Assembly (NCBI RefSeq): GCF_018350175.1
Contig: NC_058368.1
Location: 64,730,001-64,794,000, forward strand
Origin: Felis catus
Taxonomy: Eukaryota
Length of the DNA: 64,000 nt
Reading direction: 5' to 3'
The translations under genes and the position numbers were made by a program. Positions within the stretch are counted from its first letter, which is position 1. Each line of letters begins with the position of its first letter. Under the pieces are notes generated by a model that saw only the letters and a list, made by a program, of their open reading frames with translations, ran no database searches and was not told the origin of the DNA. Shown here in pieces: positions 11,631-24,625 of the stretch.

Positions 11631-13194
11631 ATAGAGCTCTCTTTAGCCTAGTGAGTGTCCAAAGTTTCATCTCCTTTTCTTGAACTTCCTATCAGATTGC
11701 ACCTTGCCAACAGACAACCTCACATGATACAGGTGAGGCTGAGACAAAGCAAAGCTTCTGTTGATCAATCAACATGAGATGACTGGACAGAGTCTCAAAT
11801 CCCCACCAAACTCAACAAAAGAAGTGATAGTCTGAGTGATCACCTGCTTCCAGAGTGAAAACATCGTAAGCAACTAGAAGGTTCCATCAAGCATTAGCCA
11901 CCCACCTGACAGCAGCTTCTGGTATTCACACCTATATCTAGGACTCTTGCCCTGATAAACTAGCCACTTATTGCTTTCTCGTATATCTCTCTTCTCCCAA
12001 ATCTCCTTGCTCTCTCTCTGTAATGTCTATGAAGTTTTTCCTTTATTGTTTCTCCATGTATTTTATATGTACCTATGGATTACTGTTCCGTAAGGGCTAA
12101 AGCTTCCAGAACACGGAAGTCAATAACAACCTGTAAGCTATTTGTTTCTTAGTGACTGCCTGACTGCCACCACCCATTCTCGTCAGTGTCTAGAGCAAAG
12201 CACATGGCAATGACCACGTGTTAACTTAATTGGAAGGGGAAGCAATAGGGAAAATATTCATGGAAAAAGAAAAGTTTAAAGACAAAAAGAAAAAAAAAAG
12301 AAACATTTGTATCTCAGTAATGTCTAGACTTGTGAGTTCTGCCTTTCTAGTTTGACATCGTTCTCTGTTAGTCTTTTATTAAATACTAACAGGGACTTTT
12401 ACAAAATAATGTTGTAATAATTATAGTATGTGGCCATATGTTTATGCCACATCAGTTCTGAGTTTAAAGAGATGGAGAAGTCATCAAAAGAAATGGGCTA
12501 CATGTTCCACAACATCTTGTGCCGTAGCTTACTGTTTGTTTTTTTATACAACATGCTTTGATATATTCAGTAAAACATTTTAGGTATAGGGCACAGAAAT
12601 TATTACACAGTAACTCCAGTCTCAGAATAAAGAAATGTATCCAGCATTATCTCCAAAATATATTAAAAATAATCTTGTCATAACTTACCAGCCACTAAAT
12701 TCAGTGAAGCATATTAAATACCTTTATATTCCAGTATAATCTTATTTCTTTCATAATGGTATTCAGTAAAAAATCAACTTTATTGTAAAGTATCTAAAAA
12801 AAGTGTAAAATCTCCCTTTGTCTCATTTAAGCTAAGCCATGTTTCCCACCTTTTTCTGTATTTGTTAAAAATAAAATGAAAAGTCAAATTACTATCTAAA
12901 GTGGTTTTAAAAGGTCTATATCGCAGTTCCTGTGAAACCCTGCCTGATTGAAGTCCTATGCGTACCTGGCTCTCTTGAGATGGCAATGTATTGCTCACAG
13001 AACAGTGCACTATTCAAGCTTGTCCATGGAGTCTCATTTATCACAGTGATCTGTGGGCATGATAACATAATCTATATACAGTGTTCAGTTTTCCCTGGGG
13101 TGGTCTGGGCATTTGTAAGCCAGTTACTCAAAAATTATCCCTTCAATCCTACATTGTGTATATATTTTTTCTGTTCACTTAAAACAACAAAAAA

Positions 13195-13574
13195 TAAGTT
13201 CACCCTTTTTTTTCATACCCCACTCCTCATCTCTAACAACTCCCACTCGGTATCGATGAGCTTAGTTTTGTTTTAATATATAGAATTATAGATTCCACAT
13301 ATGAGAGATCATACAGTATTTTTTCTTCTCCATCTGACTTATTTCATTTAGCCTAATGCTTTCAGATCCATCCATGTTGTCATAAATGGCAAACTTTTGG
13401 TTTTCTTAGGGCTGAATATTCTATTACAGAAATATAATGTATATTATAATGTAATAATAAACACATATTACATATATACCATAACTTCTTTATCCCTTCA
13501 TCCATTGATGGACACTTAGATTATTTCCATTTCAATATCTTGGATATTATAAATAATTCCAAAATAAACATGGG

Positions 13575-13626
<52 letters not shown>

Positions 13627-14536
13627 AATTAGTGTTTTCTTTCCTTCAGATATATAGCCATAAGTAGAATATTTGTAATTATTTTAAGGAACTTCCATAC
13701 TGTTTTTCTACAGTGGCTACACCAATTTACATTTCCACCAATAGTGTGCAAAGTTTTCGTTCTTTCTACATCCTCACCAACACTTGCTATTTCTAGTCTT
13801 TTTGATAATAGACATTCTAACAGGTGTGAGATAATGTCTCATGGTTTTAATTTACATTTCCTTGATGATTAACAATGTGGAGCATCTTTTCATGTACCTG
13901 TTTGCTATCTGTATATCTTCTTTGGAAAGTGTCTATTCAGATCTTCTGCCCATTTTTACATTAGACTTTTTTTGAGGTGTATTAGTTCTTTGTATATTTT
14001 GGGTATTAACCCCTTATCAGATATATCATTTGCTAAGAGTTTCTTCCATTCAGTAGATTACCTTTTCTTTTTATTGATGGTTTTCTTTGCTGCACAGAAA
14101 CTTTTTATTTGATGTAGTCCTATTTTATTTTTGCTTTTGTTGTCTTTGCTTTTGCTGTCAGATTAAAAAAAATTATCACCAAGACCTCTGTCAAGGAGCT
14201 TACTGCCTATTTTTTTCTAGGAATCTCATGGTTCTGCAACTATAAGACTTGAATATAAGTCAAGTAATTCATATTGAGTCATTTTTGTATATGGTATAAG
14301 ATAGAAGTCCAGCTTCATTCTTTTGCATGAGGATGTCCAATTTTCCCAGAAATATTTATTAAAGAGGTTTCCTTTATCCATTGCATATTACTTCCTCCTT
14401 TGTCATAAATTAATTGTTCATATATGTGTGGGTTTTATTTCTGGGCTTTCTATTTTGTTCCATTGGTCTATGTGTCTGTATGCCAACACTATACTATTTT
14501 AATTACTATGGTTTTGTAATCTAGTTTGAAATTAGG
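13195..14536 (-). mobile_element. L1 3' fragment (L1MA/early carnivore type), ORF2 C-terminus and 3'UTR
   Basis: agattccacatatgagagatcatacagtat...tccatccatgttgtcataaatggc...catcctcaccaacacttg...; colinear with 43430-44620. Confidence 0.92.
13578..13623. repeat. (AT)n microsatellite
   Basis: Directly visible. Confidence 0.97.
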
Positions 14537-14959
14537 GGGAATCCTATTTTACTATCTTAATGTCAATGACAAACTGGATTTTGGACCTGGATAGATAATC
14601 CTCTAGGATTTAGTAAAATGCAGGAGGAATTGCAAAGCAAATGGGTACAGATAAGTGTCCTTTTATCCCATATAAGGCCAGCAGAAAGTAAGCATTTGGA
14701 CAGAAACCATCATTGAAAATTAGAATGTTGTAGGTCTAGAGGTGAAGTGAAGCTTAGATTTCCTTCTCCTACTCACCACTTCCAGAAATGACTCTGTGTG
14801 AGATCCTGAGAACTCTCTGTCTTCTCAGTCTTTCTCTTACTCTTTTGCTCTATCTCACACACTCACACTCAGGCTGAAATAGGGACCTGAGATCAAGTAT
14901 GTAGCTAAGGGGACAGACTGGAGTCTGAGACAAATAAATATTTCTCCCTACCTCTTTCC

Positions 14960-15960
14960 ACAGGAAAAAAAAGCACTGATATCTCAGTAACTGTAAACAA
15001 ACCTTGTGCCCAGATGTTAGTTTTTAAACACTCTACCTTACTGAAAGCAATGAGAGCTTCTTAACAAAAACAAACAAACAAACAAAAAATTGTCTGATTC
15101 CAGGGCTGGGGCAAAGAAGGGGCAAGATGAAACTGTGGAACATCTTGGTGTACCAGAAAGTAAGAAAGTGTTCAAATTGATGGGGACATTAAAGACAACT
15201 CGACGTAGTTCCCACTGACCAAATATGGGGCAATTTGAGAGCATCAAAATAAATGAGGACTACAATGAATTGTAACCCATTGAATGAAGTAGGAAATCAT
15301 TTCAATCTATTATGATAATGAGTAAATAAACACAAATAGAAGAGAAATGGGGACATTCTCTTAAATTAGCGTGCTGCTGACAAATGTTGAAGAAATGATA
15401 CAGTGGAAAAACAGTCATTTGCAACCAGGATAGTAAATATTAATTCAGGCAAGGCACATCAGGGGATACTATACTGCAGACAAAGCTGGATGACGAGAAG
15501 GCTTTTCTCATGTTCTCAAAGTTGTGTCACCAAAATAGTTACCAAAGGGTGGAGGAAAATGGACAGAAAAATAGTAACTAAAGAATGGAGAAAGCGAACA
15601 CTATCTCCACCTGATGATTCAAATTAGCCTCATTAGTAAGTAGCATAGAGACATGTATTTGGAGATGTGATACCCTGAGAAGGACGCCGTATCATTTCCA
15701 CATCATTCCAGCCACAGACGCACAACTTGAATCTAATTATGAGGACATATTCATTAAATCAAAATTAAGAATTGTTCTAAAAATTACTAGCCTGAAGTTT
15801 TCAAAAATGTCAATGTTATGACAAAGGCTGAGAAAGTGTTACAGATTGAAGGAAGTGAAAGAGATCTGAAAATTTTTAAAGTATGTGAGTCCAGACTTGG
15901 AATATGCACCGTAGATTAGATGAAAATATTATCTCAATGTGAAATTTCCTAAATTTGGAT
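14960..15960 (+). mobile_element. L1MC-like 3'UTR fragment
   Basis: ctgattccagggctggggc...gaacatcttggtgtaccagaaagtaagaaagtgttc...cccactgaccaaatatggggcaatttgagagcatcaaaataaat; homologous to 31830-32020 in this window. Confidence 0.75.
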
Positions 15961-17639
15961 CATCATCACATGCTTATTTGAAAATATTTATTAAAGTTTG
16001 GAAAGTTGTATTACAGTTTATTCTGCTTAGTTTTGAGTGAAGCATTTCTTCAGCTGAAATATTTTGATTAATTTTACCTATTCTATGGTAGCTTTTTTGT
16101 TATAGTTTTCCATATTTCATTTTTCCTATTTGCAGGTAGTTTTTGACAAGGTTCATAGTTCAAGAGCATCCTTTTCTAACAGTATGGTGAAGTACAGTTT
16201 CTTTAATGGAATATGTTGACTGTTTGGGCAAAGGATAGTGGTTGGCATGTCTTGCTTCTCTGTCATTTCTGCATGTTTCTTAGTTTTACCCTTACTTTTT
16301 TCCCCTTTCACTGCCATGGCCACAGAGCAAATAGGCAACTGACATTAGTTTTCAGAGCCAGTATGTCTTTTATTATTTCTTCTACCACAATCCTCAAAAC
16401 ATCCAGACTCCTAGTCCTTCAAAACATGTTCAATTATATGCATAGTAGCATTTTCATGGCTGCTAAAGATAGAAAAAAATCACACTTCTAAAATGAAAAC
16501 TGGGAATAGTATAAAGTAAGTCATATCACGACAATTGTACTACAGTATTTTTGCTTTTCTTATAGTTTTAGTGCACCCAAACAATGAACAATTGCTGTGA
16601 ATGGTGGAGCCCACCTACATTACACTGGTAACTTATTGTTGAAAGCAATACTACTAGTGAGGTTTCTTTGAGTGATCTCCTGACCAACAGTATGGTAGGT
16701 ATCTCCCGGCTTTGTTTATTTGCAAATCCAGGGTGGAGGTGGGGGAGTTCCTACTGTTTTATGGAAAGCCATCTCACCTGTGACTCATCCTTGATTATAG
16801 CCTCCTCTTGGTAGCATTTCATAATGTCTCAGGGCTGAATTAATTCTACCCTGTTCAGTCTTTCCACAACTATTCTTCCATTACATGGTAGTCCAGTAGT
16901 AGATTGACAAGTCTGTACACTTATTGCATGATGTATTCCTTGAAAGCAATAGTTTCCCTTGCTCCTTCAACCACACAGGGATTAAAGAGGATACCACCTC
17001 TGTCAACTAACTGAATTGCGTGGGCTCATTACAAACGGACCGTATTTAAGTATAAGCCCAGCTCTTGAATTTACAAAGTGTGTCCTGAGTTGAATATGTT
17101 GCACTTAGATAATTTTGCTGCAGGGACCTTAAATGTTCTGTGTAGAGCAGTAAGAGAAATGTGGGGTTTTTTTCCTGTAAGGAAAAAGATAGGAAAGAAG
17201 CAAAGAATATATGAGAGAGTAGAGTACTTTTCAGCATACAAAATGGAAACTAGAATCCATATCAGGCAAAGAGACTGTATTTTAAGGCAATGATTAACAT
17301 ACAACTTTAGGTTTAGCACTGCTATAATGGGCTGCAATACAGTTTTTGGTAGTTCTCAAAAACTTGAGTTAAATCTGTTAAAATATATATACATTGTATA
17401 CAATTTTTGTTTTATAAACATTAAGGAAAATGCTAACTTATGTGACTAGGTCAAAACAATTAGAATAAATACCATACACATGGAACAGGAACACAATTTT
17501 GAAACTAAACTAAATCAGTAGAAGTAGAAACTCAGAAGAAAGAATGACCACTAAGTTATAAACCTACAAATAAGTTGCTAAAATCCAGAGTAGTATCTTC
17601 CAGAAAATGTTAACTCAAGGTTTAGGGAAATGTCTCTAG

Positions 17640-17872
17640 TTTTTGTTTTTGTTTTTGTTTTTGTTTTTGTTTTTAAGTTTATGTATTTTGAGAGAGACAG
17701 ACAGCGAGCATGAGTGGGGGAGGGGTGGAGACAGAGGGAGAATGAGAATCCCAAGTAGGCTTCGCTGAAAGAGTGGTTCCCTAGGCAGGGCTTGATCTCA
17801 TGAACACATGAGATCTTGATCTGAGCCAAAATCAAGAGTTGGATGCTTAACTGACTGAGCCACCCCAGCACC
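17640..17872 (-). mobile_element. CanSINE (older type) with (GTTTTT)n tail
   Basis: gatcttgatctgagccaaaatcaagagttggatgcttaactgactgagccacc. Confidence 0.93.
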
Positions 17873-18029
17873 AAAGAAACAGTGTGTCCTTCGTGATTTC
17901 TAGAATTTATTTGCATCTCTACACAGGCACAGCACTTGGCACATAGTAAGCTACATGTTTGCATAAGAGATGAGCCCAAGGTGTTATACCTGTATACTCT
18001 CTGCTAGTTTTAGAAAGAAATATCTAGTG

Positions 18030-18420
18030 GGATCCACTTTAGCATTGAAATGGAAACTATCAAAATTGGAAACCACCTGAGTGCCTAACAATCAGACAAT
18101 GGCTAAAGAATTTGTTGTACATATGCTCTTTTTTGTACTTGCCATAATTTCAAAAAAAATTGAAATACAGTATATCCATATAAGTTGAAATACACTTCTC
18201 TGAGACATAATGTTATGTTGAAAAGACACCTTGCCCAATAATACTATGCAATAATTTATTTTATGAAAAAGCTCTGGAAACATATATATTAAATTATTAA
18301 CAATAACTGTCCTTAATGCAAGAATTTGAGTATAAAACTAGGTCTCCATTTCTCACTGTATATTCTTCTATACTATTTGAAGTATCATGGGAATTTATAC
18401 ATGTATAAAATAGAGCTGTG
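18030..18420 (+). mobile_element. L1ME-like 3' fragment
   Basis: aaaattggaaaccacctgagtgcctaacaatcagacaatggctaaagaatttgttgtacat. Confidence 0.5.
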
Positions 18421-18807
18421 CTTCGAACATGTCTAAATGAGTGAATGCAAAATGCTTTCTGTTACAATTAAAACACGATAAACATAAAACTTGTGTGTAT
18501 TTATATGCATATATGTATAGTGCTGAGTTCATAGAAAAATAGTTTAAAATGGCAACCCACAGAAACTCTCAATGAATGCGGAGAGATGAGGGTGCATGTT
18601 AAGTGAGACCTATATGTGGTGAACCTTTGTTGGATATGCAGGTGGTTCTTAGACTCAGAAATAAGCTGTGACAACTAGATCTTTGACATTCTTTTTTTTT
18701 ATTCGGCTTCATTGCAGCATAATATCATAAGGTGACACCAATTTTACTTGTAGAATTCAACAATGCATAATTATATAACTACCACCACAATCAAAGTATA
18801 GAACAAT

Positions 18808-20635
18808 CCATGTAGAGTAATACGTCATCTGCAAAAACTGAAAGTTTGACTTCTTCTTTGCTAATTTGGATGACTTTTATTTCATTTTTTTGTCTGATTG
18901 CTGAGGCTAGGACTTCCAACACTATGTTAAAAAAATAGTAGTGAAAGTGGACAACCCTGTCGTGCTCTGAGACCTCAGGGGGAAAGCTCTCAGTTTTTCC
19001 CCATTGAGGATGATGGGGGCCTTTCATATACAGCTTTTATGATGTTAAGGTATGCTCCTTCTATCCTGACTTTCTTGAGGGTTTTTGTTAAGAAAAGGTG
19101 CTTTATTCTGTCAAATGCTTATGTGGAAAACCCGAAAGACTTCACCAAAAAGCTACTAGAACTTACATGTGAATTCAGCAAAGTCGCAGGAGATAAAATC
19201 AATGTACAAAAATCAGTTGCATTTCTATACACCAATAATGAAATGATAAAGAGAAATCAAGAAATCAATCCCATTTACAATTGCACCGAGAACCATAAAA
19301 TACCTAGGAATAAACCTAACCAAAGATGTAAAAAATCTGTATGCTGAAAACAATAGAAAACTTATGAAAGAAATTGAAGAAGACCCCAAAAATGGAAAAA
19401 CATTCAATCCTCATGGATTAGAAGAACAAATATTGTTACAATGTTAATAGTACCCAAAGCAATCTACATATTCAATGCAATCCCAATCAAAATTGCACCA
19501 GCATTCTTCTCAGAGCTAGAACAAAAAATCCTAAAATTTGTATGGAACCACAAAAGACCCCGAATAGCCAAAGTAATGTTGAAAAAGAAAACCAAAGCTG
19601 GAGCCATCACAATCCTGGACTTTAGCCTGTAGTACAAAGCTGTAATCATCAAGACAGTATGGTATTGGCACAAAAACAGACACATAGACCAGTGGAATAG
19701 AATAAAAAAAACCCCCAAAATTGGATCGACAAATGTATGGCCAACTAATCTTCAACAAGGCAGGAAAGAGTATCCAATGGAAAAAAGACAGTCTCTTTAG
19801 CAAATGGTGCTGGGAGAACTGGACAGCACCATGCAGAAGAATGAAACTGGATCAGACACAAAAATAAACTCAAAATGCATGAAAAACCTAACTGTGGGAT
19901 GGGAAAACATCAAAACCCTAGAGGAGGAAACAGGCAACAACCTCTTTGACCTCAGCCATAGCAATCACTTGCTTGACACGTCTGTGAAGGCAAGGGAATT
20001 AAAAGCAAAAATGAACTATTGGGACCTCATCAAGATAAAAAGTTTCTGAAGCAATCAACAAAACTAAAGGCAACTAACCAAATGGGAGAAGATTTTTGCA
20101 AATGACAAATTGGGTAATGGGTTAGTATCCAAAATCTATAAAGAACTTATCAAACTCAACACCTGAAAAACAAATAATCCAGTGAATAAATAGAAGACAT
20201 GAATAGATCCTTTTCCAAAGAAGACTTCCAGATGGCCAACAGACACATGAAAAGATGCTCAACATTGCTCATCAGCAGGGAAATGCAAATCAAAACCACA
20301 TTGAGATAGCACCTCACACCAGTCAGTATGGCTAAAATTAACAACTCAGAAAACAATAGATATTGGTGAGGATGTGGAGAAATGGGAACCCTCTTACAAT
20401 GTTGGTGGGAATGCAAACTGGTGCAGCTGCTCTGGAAAACAGCATGGAGATTCCTCAGAAATTTAAAAATAGAATTACCCTATGACCTAGCACTGCTAGG
20501 AATTTATCCAAAGGATATAGGATTGCTGATTCATAGGGGAACAGGTACCCCAGTGTTTATAGCAGTGCTATCAACAATAGCCAAAGTATGGAAAGAGCCC
20601 AAATGTCCATCGACATTTGAATGGATAAAGAAGAG

Positions 20636-20701
<66 letters not shown>

Positions 20702-21155
20702 AATACTACTCAGTGATGAAAAAGAATGAAATCTTGGCATTTGCAACAACGTGGATGGAACTGGAGGGGACTATGCTAAGTGAAATAAGTCAGTCAGAGG
20801 AAGACATATCATATGTTTTTCTTCATGTGTGGATTTTGAGAAACTTAACAGAAGACCATTGGGGAAGGGAAGGGAAAAATTAGTTTCAAACAGAGGGGGA
20901 GACACATCCTGAGACTCAAATACAGACAACAAACTGAGGGTTGATGTGGGGATGGGGGGAAGGGGAAAATTGGTGATGGGCATTGAGGAGGGCACTTGTT
21001 GGGATGAACACTAGGTGTTGTTTGTAAGCAATGAATCATGGGAATCTACTCCTGTAGCCAAGAACACACTGTATACACTTTATGTTAGCGAACTTGACAA
21101 TAAATTATATTTAGAAAAAAAAAACAAAACATGTTTGATATGTTTGTAGAGAAAA
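18808..21155 (+). mobile_element. Carnivore/felid L1, 5'-truncated with 5' inversion (18808-19120 minus; 19121-21155 plus)
   Basis: ORF2 peptides on both strands (minus [12 protein letters not shown]; plus [38 protein letters not shown]); L1 3'UTR and A-tail; degenerate TSD aaagtatagaacaat (18793-18807) / aaaatatataataat (21156-21170). Confidence 0.95.
20639..20696. repeat. (AT)n microsatellite in L1
   Basis: Directly visible. Confidence 0.97.
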
Positions 21156-21351
21156 AAAATATATAATAATCTCATCATGCCAGAAACATTCTGTGCCCTT
21201 TTGTAGTCACTACCTTTTGATCTCATTCAGCTTCTGAGAATCACTAATCTAGTTTCTGTCCTTATAGTTGTGTGTTTTCTAGAATTTCATATAAATAGAA
21301 TAGTATATTAGCTGTTTTAATCTGACTTCTTTCACTTAGCTTAATGCTTTT

Positions 21352-21527
21352 CTTTAATGTTTATTTATTTATTTTGAGAGAGAGACAGAGACAGAGAGAA
21401 TCCCAAGAAGGCTCTGTGCTTTCAGTGTAGACCCTGATGCAGAGTTCTGTCCCATGAACTGTGAGATCATGACCTGAGCCAAATTCAAGAGCCAGAAGCT
21501 CAACTGACTGAGCCACCCATGCACCCC
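21352..21527 (-). mobile_element. CanSINE (older type)
   Basis: gagatcatgacctgagccaaattcaagagccagaagctcaactgactgagccacccatgcacccc. Confidence 0.93.
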
Positions 21528-23770
21528 TAGCACAGTGCTTTTGAGATTCTTTCTTATTGTGACATGTATTAGTAGTTTATTCTTTCCTTTTTTTAAAGTA
21601 GCATTTGATTGTATGGTATACCACAAAGGGTTTATTTCTTCATCAGTTAATGGACATTATAGTTGTTTTCCAATTTCAGGTTATTCTACATAAAGCTTTC
21701 TACATAAAGCTGTATGGACATACATTTCCATTTCTCTTAGTTACTATTTAGGGAAGGAATTGTTGGGTCATATAGTAGGTACATATGTATATTTATAAGA
21801 TAAATTGCCAAGCTGTTTTTCAAAGTGGCTGTAGTAATTTACAGTCTCATCAGAAATCTATCAGAGTTTACTTGTTCTGCATCCTTGCCATGGACTTTGG
21901 TTTTATTACCATTTGTTACCGTATCTTTGTTTTATGTTCTAATAGCTATGTAGTTGTATCTTATTGTGGTTTGAATTTTCATTCCTTTAATTATTAACTA
22001 TGTTAATCAGCTTCTTATTGTGTGGGGTTTTTTTGCTAAAGTATCTGTTTGAATCTTTTATCTATTTTTATTACTGGATTGTTTGTTTTCTTAAAATCAG
22101 TTGTAAGAAAACTTTATGTATTCTATACAAGTCGCTTTTCAGATATATGATTTGTAAATATTTTCTCCCAGTCTGTGGGAGGTTGTTTTTAATTTTCTTA
22201 ATGGTGACTCCTGAAGAGCAAGAATTCTTAATTTTTATAAAGTCCAATTTTTCTATTTGTTTTCTTTTTATTATTTGTCTATTTTATTTTTTGCTTTGTC
22301 AAAGATATATTTGCCTAAGTAGGTTCATAAAGATTTTCTCATAATTTTTGTCTACAAGTTATAGAATTTTATGTGTTACATTTTGGCATTTAGGCCTGGG
22401 ATCTATTTTGACTTAATATTTGTGTAAGTTGAGAAGGAAGGATCAAAGCTCATTTTTTTTGTTTGTATACGGATGACAATTATCACAGTATCATGTATTG
22501 AGAAGATTTCTTTCACCGCTGAATATCAGTTACTGTAGAACTAGTTGATCATATATGTATGGATCTATGTTTGGCTATTCCTTCTGTTTCATTGACCTGT
22601 GTCCCTCTTTCTATCAATACTACTCTCTCTTGATTATTATAGCTTTATATTATCGATTATATAGTAAGCTTGGTAATCTATACATCAAGTACTGTAATAA
22701 GGTCTTTACTTTTGTTCTTTTAAAAATTGGCTTGGTTATTCTCAGACATTTGAATTATCCATATAAATCTTAGAAGTATATTGTTAATTTCTACAAAAAA
22801 AATGCCAATGAGATTTTTTGGGGATTGTATTGAATCTGTAGATCAATTTTGGAGCATTTGGCATCTTAACGATTTTTAGTCTTTTAATCCATAAACTTAG
22901 TATACCTCTCCATTGCTTTGGTCTGTTATTTTTTCTCATCAATCGTTTTTAATTTCCACCATACAAATCTTTCATATTTTATTAAATCTATTCTCAATAA
23001 TTTCACAGCTTTGATATATTTTAAAAGGTCTTGTGTTTTTTAATTTCAATTTCAAAATATTTTTGCTCATATATACAAATATCATTTATTTTTGTATATT
23101 GACTTGGCACTCTGGGATCTTAAAAAATTCATGTGTTAATTATTTTAACTTTTCTAGAGATTCTTTGGGGGTTTTCTAAATAGGTAATCATAATATCTGT
23201 GAAGAAAGACCATTTTGTTTCTCCTTTTCCAATCTGTATGCCTTGTATTTTTTTTTTCATCCTTTATAGTATTTACTTAGACTTCTAGGAAAATGTTGAA
23301 TGGAAATAGTGACGCCTGACACCCTTACCTTGCTCTGGACCTTAGGGGAAAGCATTCAGTGTTTCAAAATTTTGTATGATCTTTGCTGTAAGCTTTGAGA
23401 AAGTTCCTTGTCCTTCTAATTTGCTAAGATTTCTCATAATAAATGAATATTTATTTTTTTCAAATGCATTTTATGCATCTATTGGGATAATCAAGATGCT
23501 TAAATTTTAATGCTCCCTCTCATACAGCCAGGAGATGAGGTTTTCCTTTGTGCTTAAAGCAGGCAACTGAATCTCAGTTACCTGCAAAGACTCAGAATTA
23601 AATGCAGCACTTTTAGTTGAGAGAGACTAGAAAACTTTTTCTCCCCAGCCAGAACAAGAACAAGGAATCTTAATTCCAGCTCTGTTCTTGGGTGCCAAGA
23701 AAATCTCATGAGATAGCCAAACATCAAGACAACCTCAAGCAGGTTAGGGACTTTAATTTGAAATACCCAT

Positions 23771-23993
23771 GGGGCGCCTGGGTGGCTCAGTCGGTTAAGT
23801 GTCCGACTTCAGCCAGGTCACGATCTCGCGGTCCGTGAGTTCGAGCCCCGCATCAGGCTCTGGGCTGATGGCTCGGAGCCTGGAGCCTGTTTCCGATTCT
23901 GTGTCTCCCTCTCTCTCTGCCCCTCCCCCGTTCATGCTCTGTCTCTCTCTGTCCCAAAAATAAAATAAACGTTGAAAAAAAAATAAAAAAAAA
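23771..23993 (+). mobile_element. Young felid CanSINE (SINEC_Fc-like)
   Basis: Near-identical to 2797-3012; imperfect TSD gaaatacccat / gaaatatcctt. Confidence 0.97.
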
Positions 23994-24349
23994 GAAATAT
24001 CCTTATAATAATAGCATTCTCAAATTCAGAAATTAGCAAAAAATGGTTTTTGAGCCCATTACAGAGACAAAAGCTAAAGATTCTGGAAAGACACTTCCAC
24101 CACGTAGGCTATATGTTACCTTTACTTGAGAATAATGGAAGCTAACTTTTCTAAGCTCTTCTTATTGCATTGGTATTTAATTCGAATATATAATAGAGTA
24201 TATTTATTCATCCATTAAGTCAATTATCAGTGTGTTTAAAAAGGGATAGGCATTTTTTCAGGCTCTAATATGATGAAAAGGAAACATGAAGACTCATATG
24301 TTGTGCTATAGATTATTATTATTAATATTTTACTGCAACCATATATGTT

Positions 24350-24372
24350 TAGTCTTATTGGAGATATATATA

Positions 24373-24424
<52 letters not shown>

Positions 24425-24516
24425 TGTATCTATCTATCTATATATACACATCTATATATATATACATCTATATATACATACATACTATCTCCAATAGTCT
24501 TATTGGAGATATATAT

Positions 24517-24561
<45 letters not shown>

Positions 24562-24579
24562 GTCTTGTTGGAGATATAG

Positions 24580-24610
<31 letters not shown>

Positions 24611-24625
24611 TATATATACATATAT
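24350..24625. repeat. Compound (TA)/(TG)/(CA) microsatellite array with three copies of a 19-nt unique unit
   Basis: tagtctt(a/g)ttggagatata at 24350, 24495 and 24560. Confidence 0.9.

Larger units (their letters stand above)
18692..23495 (-). mobile_element. Old L1M (MB/MC-like) 3' part, interrupted by a younger L1 (18808-21155) and a SINE
   Basis: T-tail at 18692; accaccacaatcaaagtatagaacaat continues after the insert as ctcatcatgccagaaac...; decayed antisense ORF2 to ~23495. Confidence 0.85.

Noticed and set aside
12932..13276. 114-aa plus-strand ORF
   Set aside because: GTG start, runs into an antisense L1 3'UTR, no recognisable domain.
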